Positions 9,001 through 16,460 of a stretch of DNA of 37,255 bases are shown here, piece by piece (the stretch's first letter is position 1; the number at the start of each line of letters is the position of its first letter). Under the pieces are notes generated by a model. That model was given only the letters and a program-made list of their open reading frames with translations, was not told the DNA's origin and ran no database searches. Source of the stretch: a virus. Lineage: Duplodnaviria; Caudoviricetes. The position numbers and the translations under genes are program-made. Location: IMG/VR virus record IMGVR_UViG_3300007523_000028, positions 1-37,255 of that record. One strand, written 5' to 3'.

Positions 9001-11634
9001 GATAGTACGGTAACTGATAATGTATTATACATAAATCGTTTCAACACAACTAAAGGAAAATATTATAACTCGTTTGTTGATAACTCTCGTTTTACTTCAA
9101 CAGATCTTAGATTAACAATTCTTCCTTCAACAGGAACCAACGAAAAAAGAAGTCTTTATTTGGATTTCAATGACTCGGAACAATTTAATTTCAGGGTGAA
9201 TTGGGTGGATAACCAAAGTGGTGAATTTGTGGTAACGGGTAAAACATTACCATCACCAAAGGAATATTTTATGGGTATGTCAACTAACAATGAAAAGGTT
9301 ATTGATTTACTTGGAACATTTAGTCCTGATATCTTAGGGTCATTCGAAGATGCGTTTTTAGATTTTTCAAGTGAGGTGATTGATAGTTACTCTGAACACA
9401 AAAAATATGATACAGTTTATTACTCTAAGTTTCAAAACCTCTTAAAAGAACTTGTAAGTGTTGAGAAAAAAGACGGTGACGATCTTGATTCTGACTCAAT
9501 TATAAATTCAATTAGTTTAAGACAAGCGGAGAACCAAAAGGAAGTTACAAAAAACATCCTCACCACAAAGAATATGTTAGAACTAACAATAACAAACCCA
9601 AAAGAGTTAAATCTTCATGTGTTAAATGGGTATGTTAATGGTAATGGTCGGGTATTGTCTGTTGGGGAGTACAACGTATCTCAAGTATCTGCAAATTCAA
9701 AATATATCGACTTGTATGTTGGAGAAGACATTGATGGTTATTATTTGGAATTTTTTAATATTAGTAATATTGAACTTAGTGAGGAAAATGTTTTTGCATT
9801 TAGACCCATGGTTCAGATATATGCGGGATATAAAAAATCAGGAGGTGTAACGACTAAAGATGCTTTCGGTAGTTATATCACAGATTCAATTATAGGTCCA
9901 CAAATCAGTAGACAAAGTATATTTTTAACTCAGATATATCGAAAATTACCAACATTAGAAAGGATTAAGGATCAGAATAATAATTTAGGTATTATTAAAG
10001 GGTATAATGAGGACACAACAATTAAGTTGGAGTTATATAGTGACATCAAAAGTTTAAATGATAAGTGGATTTCAGGTAACTCTATAGGTCAAAGACTTCT
10101 AATGGAGGAATTCATGTTTTTAGATAAAGCAAATAAAGATATTGGTGATGAGTTATTTATTGACTTAAAGAAACTAATACAACTTGGTGATGCGGAAAAT
10201 GCGAATATTGATCTGTATTCCACAATTGGTATTATAATTGCAAGAACGGGTATTGATATGAGGGTATTACCCGCATATGTTAATTTTTACGCAAACGAAA
10301 ATAGAAGAACGAGGGTTAAACCATCTGACACCATTGCGTCGGTAATGTTTGGTAAGTTTTTAGAAGTGGATGTTGAGTACTCAACACCGAAGGCAATCTT
10401 ACAATATGTGTCGGGTGGATCAAAACACTTAAACTTGTCAGATATCAACGATAAGTATATGTATAAAGACGATTCGGTTGACTTAGAAAGTGCAACTGAC
10501 AACCCCATTCTTATTACGACTCCTGATTATTTCTTAAATACAAATTTAGCTAAGTCAAATAAAGTGGTTGCATTTGAAGTTAGTTTTGGAGATCAAAACC
10601 AACAAATGTTTAAGGGTATTTCGTTAGATCAGAAACAATTTAAAAACACTTATGAATCTAACGTGGCAATGGAAAGACTTGCAAGGTCACAATCGGGATC
10701 GGGTATTGCACAAGTAGACACAAGTCTATTTGATATATATAGATCAAGGTCCTACACTTGTACAGTAACTGCAATGGGTAATGCAATGATACAACCAACA
10801 ATGTATTTCCAATTAAAGAATGTACCTCTGTTTGAGGGGGCATATTGGATTGTGGAAGTGTCACACGCCATTGCGAACAATTCTATGTCGACCACCTTTA
10901 AAGGTGTGAGAATGCCGAAGGATTCGTTACCGAACCCAAAAGATTCATTTATTGCAACATATAGGGTTCTATTTGATAAGATTCTTAAGAGTGCAATTGC
11001 GAAACAAAAGAGTAATAATACAATCGGAGAAAACGAAACAATAACAACTAAAGAGGGTACCTTCGAAACCAATAGGGGTGGTGTTGGACCTAAAGGTGAG
11101 GAATTACTTAAAGAAGTTGGTTATTACCAATCAATACCTTTTAATGGTAAGGATGGTGTTCAGTCAATACAGAAAATAAAATATAGTGGTGAACACACGG
11201 CGAATCATGGAATTTGGTACAGGACCCGTGTGGATCATATTGCGGATCACATGTCCGACGATAAGGATTTGGGTCTTCCTAATTATGCGAAGTCATTAGA
11301 GGTTAACCCAACTAAGATGAAATGGTCGGAAATTAAAGGAACAACAAGTGAAGTGTATTTCTACACAGCACCTTTCAATATGAATGAACTAAAAGACAGT
11401 AGTAGCATTTTAAAGGATGGGAATAACCGAGGAAGTACATTCTTTAACCCAATGAATGGACTTAGAAAAGAATTTGTTCACCGATCTCGTCTAAACACCG
11501 ACGATGGTTCAAGATTTATTGAAGCTCCGTGTGATTTTGGTACGAGAGGTGAGTATGGAATAACAATGTCCAAAATACTAATGAAGGATTTAAAATTAAG
11601 TAAAGGTGACGTAGTTTACTTTTTAATTAAGTAA
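6028..11634 (+). CDS. Very large baseplate hub-like protein (gp27/gpD/VgrG-like N- and C-terminal motifs)
   Basis: 1868 aa. N-terminal FGIQSIDI...VTIKFVDVRG...FYLTVKGFYG and C-proximal SYTCTVTAMGNAMIQPTMYFQL...GAYWIVEVSHAI...STTFKGVR are typical of hub proteins. Follows the LysM/gp53-like gene. Confidence 0.6.
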   Translation: MANNDLINNENILVKVDQNNLILIDPNSTVSNGIVEPRGTNAENFVYYVNLEADLIPRSVLVSGNNSNTLSSVAEGTLNFLQNKNSDYLDTKWTDTYNPRTDAEFKRSDIIDDSGQSFGIQSIDIQVRGTNFVPKVTIKFVDVRGKTLFESPKNSPYKAFFHQPWPIFYLTVKGFYGKAMRYRLHMTDFNSSYNEGNGNFESVGVFIGSTYAYLSDIPLKGILNSPYMYGIEQTKDIKTNEKTGEVTKIISKTSKGYLTLKSIFDEYKRKGLIDENMPVKTLKEVIDIAKRLDPILEKKIFGEVVDMKIFVASKEMSDQLRKFFGAVEAWKSKYLRPDFIILPSGSENPLDRHFYLVKDQDNGNSTEKILGEDKSGTLESIIHVHLKNLKNSEIFGKETQKTTADFKKLSINLNQSIKDIGSYYSTTNGNGKITVAIEKLFDDMYKISNSFQEELTKLQDGVEFKMNEIISGEDGIGFEPTIRNIIAIILASADTYIRLLKGVHIKAFNVAEERKNVIKGFTNETVGDAIYPWPEIKKQSTGTTKVLAYPADADLVHKLRSNNMVLWPEVQFVEEYAAVSSQRIDNQGGNESTTSSIRYEFGDSNSEEKRTNKISTFDLLPGSAYSDKNLDSFLYEIYERSQLVTLYDTFNGPTLNELGKREFETIQNLTEEDYYLVDILKDSKILSKSRHIELMQSFSPFERYPYYEDNLITVPYLLDNSTTSFKLKDYTGDDTVTAKNGEYEKLQTNLTQYISEDYRSKIYPFNSDTYLGYLGKTSFAKTELNVGGALDVDTGKGFISGPIDPNSWMKGNQVSTNMFNETFSVENTSDKLNILNTPYFHKSINDGFFGTSSLGKYKTSAYLLLNSLPFKDLKDTIVFPKSPTVNVLMSSLFREIGSTHYVPYHLILKWGSIYHRYKEHIINNVDILSGINTPIDGSVFFDNTLNLIFNGDITRSSQTDVGIHPHYSNIYHQVVNGYLYYNVGDTTSTSFDSTVTDNVLYINRFNTTKGKYYNSFVDNSRFTSTDLRLTILPSTGTNEKRSLYLDFNDSEQFNFRVNWVDNQSGEFVVTGKTLPSPKEYFMGMSTNNEKVIDLLGTFSPDILGSFEDAFLDFSSEVIDSYSEHKKYDTVYYSKFQNLLKELVSVEKKDGDDLDSDSIINSISLRQAENQKEVTKNILTTKNMLELTITNPKELNLHVLNGYVNGNGRVLSVGEYNVSQVSANSKYIDLYVGEDIDGYYLEFFNISNIELSEENVFAFRPMVQIYAGYKKSGGVTTKDAFGSYITDSIIGPQISRQSIFLTQIYRKLPTLERIKDQNNNLGIIKGYNEDTTIKLELYSDIKSLNDKWISGNSIGQRLLMEEFMFLDKANKDIGDELFIDLKKLIQLGDAENANIDLYSTIGIIIARTGIDMRVLPAYVNFYANENRRTRVKPSDTIASVMFGKFLEVDVEYSTPKAILQYVSGGSKHLNLSDINDKYMYKDDSVDLESATDNPILITTPDYFLNTNLAKSNKVVAFEVSFGDQNQQMFKGISLDQKQFKNTYESNVAMERLARSQSGSGIAQVDTSLFDIYRSRSYTCTVTAMGNAMIQPTMYFQLKNVPLFEGAYWIVEVSHAIANNSMSTTFKGVRMPKDSLPNPKDSFIATYRVLFDKILKSAIAKQKSNNTIGENETITTKEGTFETNRGGVGPKGEELLKEVGYYQSIPFNGKDGVQSIQKIKYSGEHTANHGIWYRTRVDHIADHMSDDKDLGLPNYAKSLEVNPTKMKWSEIKGTTSEVYFYTAPFNMNELKDSSSILKDGNNRGSTFFNPMNGLRKEFVHRSRLNTDDGSRFIEAPCDFGTRGEYGITMSKILMKDLKLSKGDVVYFLIK

Positions 11635-11659
11635 TATTGGAGAATTAGTGATAACAGGA

Positions 11660-11667
11660 TATTTATA
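11660..11667 (+). promoter_or_regulatory. TATTTATA putative late-promoter motif
   Basis: Intergenic; the TATTTAT core ends 17 nt before the ATG at 11684. Confidence 0.55.
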
Positions 11668-11683
11668 ATAAAACGACAAAATT

Positions 11684-11887
11684 ATGGACAACATAAAAGT
11701 AGACTCTGCAATTGAAAACTTTTTATCAAAAAAGAAAGTTACAGATCTCAACGAAGATGGTACAGAACAAGAAGTATGTGATATGGAAACGGGAGTATGC
11801 CATACCGTGCGTTCTAAGGATGGTCTTGTTGAAAGAATTAATAAACGATATCTTACCGAAGACGGTAGACAACTATTAAGTGATTAA
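11684..11887 (+). CDS. Small hypothetical protein with a C-x6-C motif
   Basis: 67 aa that fill the gap in the operon. A-rich leader. Contains EVCDMETGVC. Confidence 0.7.
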   Translation: MDNIKVDSAIENFLSKKKVTDLNEDGTEQEVCDMETGVCHTVRSKDGLVERINKRYLTEDGRQLLSD

Positions 11888-11889
11888 AC

Positions 11890-12528
11890 ATGAGTTTAGA
11901 AAACAAATTACGCGAAGAGTTAAATAGGCACCATAGTATTAATAATTATGGTAAAAAACCTATTAACGAACAAGATGAGGTGGATCCAACGGAGTTACCT
12001 ACGGGTGATGAACCATTAGGTGATGCGCCAGTGGGTGACGTACCTATTGATGATGTACCAATGGACGCACCTGTTGATGAAATTCCGGATGAAGAACCAG
12101 ATGGTGACTTTGACACGGAAGAAATTGACATAACCGATTTGGTTAACATGACTCAAAACATCAAAAACGATTTAGATTCAAGTAAATCTAATAGTAGTGA
12201 GGTTATGGGAAAAATGGGAGATCTTTTTAGTAAGTTAGATGATTTAGAGGCTAAACTTTCACAAATGGATGTGGTAATAGATAAAATTGATGGTCTTGAG
12301 AGTAAGGTTACACAAATGAAACAACCAACTCCACAAGAAAGACTTGAGATGAGATCTTTAGATTCTTATCCGTTTAGTCAAAGTCCAAGTGACTTTTTCT
12401 CACAGAAACAGGTTGATATGAAGAAAAGTGGTAAAAATGAATATATTATCACCAAATCAGATTTATCCGATATAAATTCAGGTGAGATGAGATCTTCGTT
12501 TGGACAAACAGAAGAAGACGATTACTAA
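11890..12528 (+). CDS. Acidic hypothetical protein with a Pro/Asp repeat and a coiled coil (possible head/scaffold-associated protein)
   Basis: 212 aa. P-x-(G/D)-D-x repeats, followed by heptad-like LFSKLDDLEAKLSQMDVVIDKIDGLESKV. Confidence 0.75.
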   Translation: MSLENKLREELNRHHSINNYGKKPINEQDEVDPTELPTGDEPLGDAPVGDVPIDDVPMDAPVDEIPDEEPDGDFDTEEIDITDLVNMTQNIKNDLDSSKSNSSEVMGKMGDLFSKLDDLEAKLSQMDVVIDKIDGLESKVTQMKQPTPQERLEMRSLDSYPFSQSPSDFFSQKQVDMKKSGKNEYIITKSDLSDINSGEMRSSFGQTEEDDY

Positions 12529-12530
12529 AA

Positions 12531-12896
12531 ATGAGTTTAAGTTCGGACGTTAGGTTTTTATTGGAGTTACAATCACAACTTAGAATACTCCATTGGCAAA
12601 CTAAGAGTCATGGAAAACATCTTGCTTTGGGGGACGCTTATGAAACATTAGGTGAACTTATTGACACATATGTCGAAACATGTATGGGAATTCATGGTAG
12701 GTTTACATTAGGTGATGAAGAAAGAAGTTTAAGTATACAGAATTTATCAGATATCGATTTGTTAGGTATGATTAAAACTGTGAGAACAAGTATTCAAGAT
12801 ATGGACATCAACCCAAAAGATGTTGATCTACTAAGTTTACGAGATGAAATGTTAGTTATTATAAATAAACTTTCTTATCTCCTTACTTTAAGGTAG
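12531..12896 (+). CDS. Dps/ferritin-like four-helix protein (DUF5856-like)
   Basis: 121 aa. LHWQT...HLALGDAYETL...IDTYVE matches the Dps HW...H...D...E ferroxidase-ligand pattern. Confidence 0.7.
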   Translation: MSLSSDVRFLLELQSQLRILHWQTKSHGKHLALGDAYETLGELIDTYVETCMGIHGRFTLGDEERSLSIQNLSDIDLLGMIKTVRTSIQDMDINPKDVDLLSLRDEMLVIINKLSYLLTLR

Positions 12897-12928
12897 TTGT
12901 AGTTTAAGTTAAAATATTTTAAAATATT

Positions 12929-12961
12929 AAAGTCCATGGGGTTGACCTTTGGACTTTTTTT
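12929..12961 (+). terminator. Intrinsic terminator after the Dps-like gene
   Basis: Stem AAAGTCCA (12929-12936) / TGGACTTT (12950-12957), running into a T tract. Confidence 0.65.
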
Positions 12962-12972
12962 GTGTACCTTTT
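12942..12972 (+). promoter_or_regulatory. Putative host-RNAP promoter for the replication cassette
   Basis: TTGACC-17nt-TACCTT (sigma70-like). It can also be read as TTG-20nt-TACCTTTT, one mismatch from the Bacteroidota TAnnTTTG -7 element. Ends about 27 nt before the ssb ATG. Confidence 0.45.
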
Positions 12973-12999
12973 AATATAAACAATAAAATATTTTAAATT

Positions 13000-13836
13000 A
13001 TGAACACAATCGACGCGATACTTAATCAGTATCAAAAGAACAACAATCCATCCGCAGGCGGAAACAGTATTTCAAGTGAAGAAAGACTTAAAAGCTACTT
13101 TACAACCATCCTTCCAAAAGGAACAAGAAATGGGGAAAAAAGACTTCGTATTCTACCTGCCACGGACGGAGGGTCACCATTTGTAGAAGTAAAATTCCAC
13201 GAAATCCAAGTTAATGATAACTGGATGAAAATATATGACCCATCACAAGTTGGTGAAACATCACCACTAAACGAAGTAAGAGATAGTTTACTTGCAACAG
13301 GACTTGAGGAAGACAAAAAAACCGCAAGATCTTACAACGCAAGAAAATTCTACATCGTTAAAGTTATCGATAGAGATAATGAAGAAGACGGACCTAAGTT
13401 TTGGAGATTCAAACACAACTACAAGCAAGAAGGACCTTTAGATAAGATCTTTCCAATTTTCAAGAACAAAGGAGATATTACCCACACTACTGAAGGTAGA
13501 GATTTAATCTTATCGCTTTCATTAAGCAAATCACCTAATGGTCGTGAGTACACAACTATTAGTTCTGTAATGTATGAAGATGTGGGTCCATTATCTACAG
13601 ATCCTGAACAATCTACCGAATGGGCTAATGATCCAAAAACATGGGAAGATGTTTACGCTAAGAAACCTATTGAGTATTTAGAATTGGTTGCATTGGGTGA
13701 ATCACCAAGATGGGACAACGATCAGAAGAAATTCGTAGGAACGAATGAACCAACTACGGTTGAGTTTTCAAATGAGTCTGCAAAACCAGCTGACCCACAA
13801 AGGGCAGAGGAGGAATCAGACGATTTACCGTTTTAA
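13000..13836 (+). CDS. ssb: Single-stranded DNA-binding protein, T4 gp32-like
   Basis: 278 aa. LRILPA..GSPFVEVKFH, FYIVKVIDRD...GPKFWRF, GDIT...GRDL, and an acidic tail EEESDDLPF. Sits upstream of recA. Confidence 0.8.
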   Translation: MNTIDAILNQYQKNNNPSAGGNSISSEERLKSYFTTILPKGTRNGEKRLRILPATDGGSPFVEVKFHEIQVNDNWMKIYDPSQVGETSPLNEVRDSLLATGLEEDKKTARSYNARKFYIVKVIDRDNEEDGPKFWRFKHNYKQEGPLDKIFPIFKNKGDITHTTEGRDLILSLSLSKSPNGREYTTISSVMYEDVGPLSTDPEQSTEWANDPKTWEDVYAKKPIEYLELVALGESPRWDNDQKKFVGTNEPTTVEFSNESAKPADPQRAEEESDDLPF

Positions 13837-13849
13837 TTAACCAACCCAT

Positions 13850-13938
13850 AGGGTCCCCACCTCAAAACAAGTTTGATGGAAACATCTGGTGGAGCACGAA
13901 ACCGACCATTTGTCGGCCCCGAGAATGGGGACCCTTTT
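13850..13938 (+). ncRNA. Candidate structured cis-regulatory RNA or complex terminator between ssb and recA
   Basis: A 10-bp closing stem AGGGTCCCCA/TGGGGACCCT encloses the hairpins GATG-GAAA-CATC and CCGAC-CATTT-GTCGG and is followed by TTTT. 47/84 GC in an AT-rich genome. Family not recognised. Confidence 0.55.
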
Positions 13939-13949
13939 ATAATACAGAT

Positions 13950-14948
13950 ATGGCAATAAAGAAAAAAGATTTTAAAAGTATTAAATCAAAGTTCTCTAAA
14001 CAGGCTAAGTTTAAGTCTGATAGATTTTTTGATTTAGGTGATGCATTTTTAGATGCAACAGGATTACCAGGACCGGCAATGGGACATATTAATATGTTAC
14101 TTGGACATACGGACACTGGAAAAACAACTGCATTAGTTAAGACTGAGGTGGATGCTCAAAAAAAGGGTATTTTACCTGTGTTTATTATCACGGAACAGAA
14201 ATGGGATTTCCCACACGCTAAGATGATGGGGATGGAAGTTGACGAGATTGTTGATGAAGAAACCGGTGAAATTGAATTTGATGGGTTTTTCCTATTTAAC
14301 AATGAGTTCCAATATATTGAACAGATTACTGATTATATGAACGAATTGTTGGATGCACAGAATAGTGGTGAAATAGAATATGACTTACTATTCTTATGGG
14401 ATTCAGTTGGTTCAGTACCGTGTAAAATGACTTTTGATGGTAAAGGTGGAAAACAACATAATGCATCCACACTATCTGATAAAATCGGTATGGGACTAAA
14501 CCAAAGAATATCAGGTTCACGACGAGTAGATTCAAAATTTACAAATACACTTGTTATTGTAAACCAACCATGGGTTGAGTTACCAGACAATCCATTTAGT
14601 CAACCTAAGATTAAAGCTAAGGGTGGTGAATCAATTTGGTTAAACTCGACATTGGTTTTTAGATTTGGTAATCAGAAAAACGCGGGAACTAACCCAATCT
14701 CTGCAGTGAAAGATAAGAGAAAGGTGAAATTCGCAACGAGATCTAAGATTTCAATCATGAAAAACCATGTAAATGGTCTTGGATATGAAGATGGTAGAAT
14801 TATACTAACATCTCATGGATTCCTATCAGGAAAGGATGCCGCTGAAGAGAAAAAGTCGTTAGAGACTTACAAATCCAAATACGCGGAAATTTGGAAAGAG
14901 AAACTTGGTATCGACGGTGACTTTGATATTAAAGAAGAAAACGGATAG
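13950..14948 (+). CDS. recA: RecA/UvsX-like recombinase
   Basis: 332 aa. Walker A GHTDTGKTT, catalytic Glu in ITEQKW, Walker B LFLWDSVGS, VIVNQ, KGGESI and KNHVNG motifs. Confidence 0.88.
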   Translation: MAIKKKDFKSIKSKFSKQAKFKSDRFFDLGDAFLDATGLPGPAMGHINMLLGHTDTGKTTALVKTEVDAQKKGILPVFIITEQKWDFPHAKMMGMEVDEIVDEETGEIEFDGFFLFNNEFQYIEQITDYMNELLDAQNSGEIEYDLLFLWDSVGSVPCKMTFDGKGGKQHNASTLSDKIGMGLNQRISGSRRVDSKFTNTLVIVNQPWVELPDNPFSQPKIKAKGGESIWLNSTLVFRFGNQKNAGTNPISAVKDKRKVKFATRSKISIMKNHVNGLGYEDGRIILTSHGFLSGKDAAEEKKSLETYKSKYAEIWKEKLGIDGDFDIKEENG

Positions 14949-14975
14949 AATGTTGAACCCTATAACAGGTAATAA

Positions 14976-15989
14976 ATGTCAGTATTATTAGTAGACGGAG
15001 ATAACTTACTTACAATCGGATTTTATGGAGTAAAAAATTACTTTTATAAAGGTGATCACATTGGTGGGTTATACCATTTCATTAACACTTTAAGAAAATC
15101 TTTTGAACTTTATAGGCTCGATAAGATTGTTGTCTTTTGGGACGGTGAAGATGGTTCGGCAACTCGTAAGAAGATATATTCTCGTTATAAGGAAAACCGA
15201 AGAGAGAGAAACCGTTCCGACAAGGAAAAAGAATCCTATACAAAACAAAGAAGAAGAATCCAACAGTACCTTGAAGAACTCTATGTTCGACAAGGTGAGT
15301 TTGAATTTTGTGAAGCAGATGATTGTATTGCTGAGTACACACAGAAGAGTACTGAGAACACAATTGTTTATTCCTCCGATGGGGACTTAGCACAGTTAGT
15401 ATCTGACACTACAAGGATATATAACCCATCGCACAGGAAACTTTATAGTCAAGATGATATAATACAATACGAACACCAAGAACTACACATACAGAACGTT
15501 AAAATCGTTAAGATGATATGTGGTGATCGATCGGACAATATCACGGGAATATACAATTTAGGAATTAAGAAAATATTAAAACTTTTCCCTGAACTAAAAA
15601 CAAGACCCGTTACTTTAAATGAAATTATTAAACGTTCAAATGAATTATTTGAGGAAGATAAAAACAATAAGACAGTTAAAAACCTTTTAACTGGTGTTAC
15701 AAAATATGGTGTGTACGGAGAGGAATTTTTTACCCTTAACGAAAGCATTGTTAGCTTGGACCAACCGTTTCTTACGGATGATGCTCGAGAAACCATATCC
15801 GACCTTATCCATGAAAATTTGGATCCTGAAGGAAGATCCTATAAAAACACGATGAAAATGATGATGGAAGATGGAATGTTTACCGTTCTCCCGAAATCAG
15901 ACGACGCGTGGGTAAAGTTCCTCAACCCCTTTTTACGATTAACTCGTAAGGAAAAAAATAAAAGAATAATTAAATTTAAAAAATCATGA
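14976..15989 (+). CDS. 5'-3' exonuclease / flap endonuclease (T4 RNase H, PolI N-terminal-like)
   Basis: 337 aa. LLVDGDNL, VFWDG, RKKIYSRYKENR, EADDCIA, SSDGDLAQL, and the helix-hairpin-helix motif GDRSDNITGIYNLGIKK. Confidence 0.92.
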   Translation: MSVLLVDGDNLLTIGFYGVKNYFYKGDHIGGLYHFINTLRKSFELYRLDKIVVFWDGEDGSATRKKIYSRYKENRRERNRSDKEKESYTKQRRRIQQYLEELYVRQGEFEFCEADDCIAEYTQKSTENTIVYSSDGDLAQLVSDTTRIYNPSHRKLYSQDDIIQYEHQELHIQNVKIVKMICGDRSDNITGIYNLGIKKILKLFPELKTRPVTLNEIIKRSNELFEEDKNNKTVKNLLTGVTKYGVYGEEFFTLNESIVSLDQPFLTDDARETISDLIHENLDPEGRSYKNTMKMMMEDGMFTVLPKSDDAWVKFLNPFLRLTRKEKNKRIIKFKKS

Positions 15990-16435
15990 CGAATAACGAC
16001 ACAACTAAAGTAGAATTTTTGTTATCACTTAGCGGTAACATAATCTGTCAAAGATTCTTCAATGTGAAGGATTTTAACCATAACGCGAGAAGATCTTTAG
16101 ATATTAAGTATGATGTTGCAAATATTTGTGAAGAAATTTCAAACGATTTAAAAGAAAAAACATTGGATTTTCTTAATAGCAATCAAAACTATTTCCCCGT
16201 TTTAGAGTCTGTGGAGACCAGTGAAGCTGAAGAGGAAGAGTACTTTTTACTTGAACTTAAGTTGAATGACGCAGTATTTATTCAAAGGATATTCGCTGCT
16301 CATGTCTTCCCACCCAATGTGAGATATTCTGTAGACATCAGACCAAAACTTAGAAGAATTTTAAACAATTTAACTGAGACCTTATCAGATGACGAAGTAA
16401 ATACAACTTACATGTCGTACGAATTAACAAAGTAG
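15986..16435 (+). CDS. Hypothetical protein in the replication cassette
   Basis: 149 aa. ATGA overlap with the exonuclease stop; fills the gap before the helicase. Confidence 0.75.
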   Translation: MTNNDTTKVEFLLSLSGNIICQRFFNVKDFNHNARRSLDIKYDVANICEEISNDLKEKTLDFLNSNQNYFPVLESVETSEAEEEEYFLLELKLNDAVFIQRIFAAHVFPPNVRYSVDIRPKLRRILNNLTETLSDDEVNTTYMSYELTK

Positions 16436-16460
16436 AATAATAATAATAATTGAGATAGAC

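Noticed and set aside
13850-13938. tRNA, hammerhead ribozyme or ZTP riboswitch identity for the structured element
   Set aside because: There is no TTC T-loop or 7-nt anticodon loop. CTGGTGG...CGAAAC departs from the hammerhead core CUGAUGA. The ZTP pseudoknot sequences are missing.
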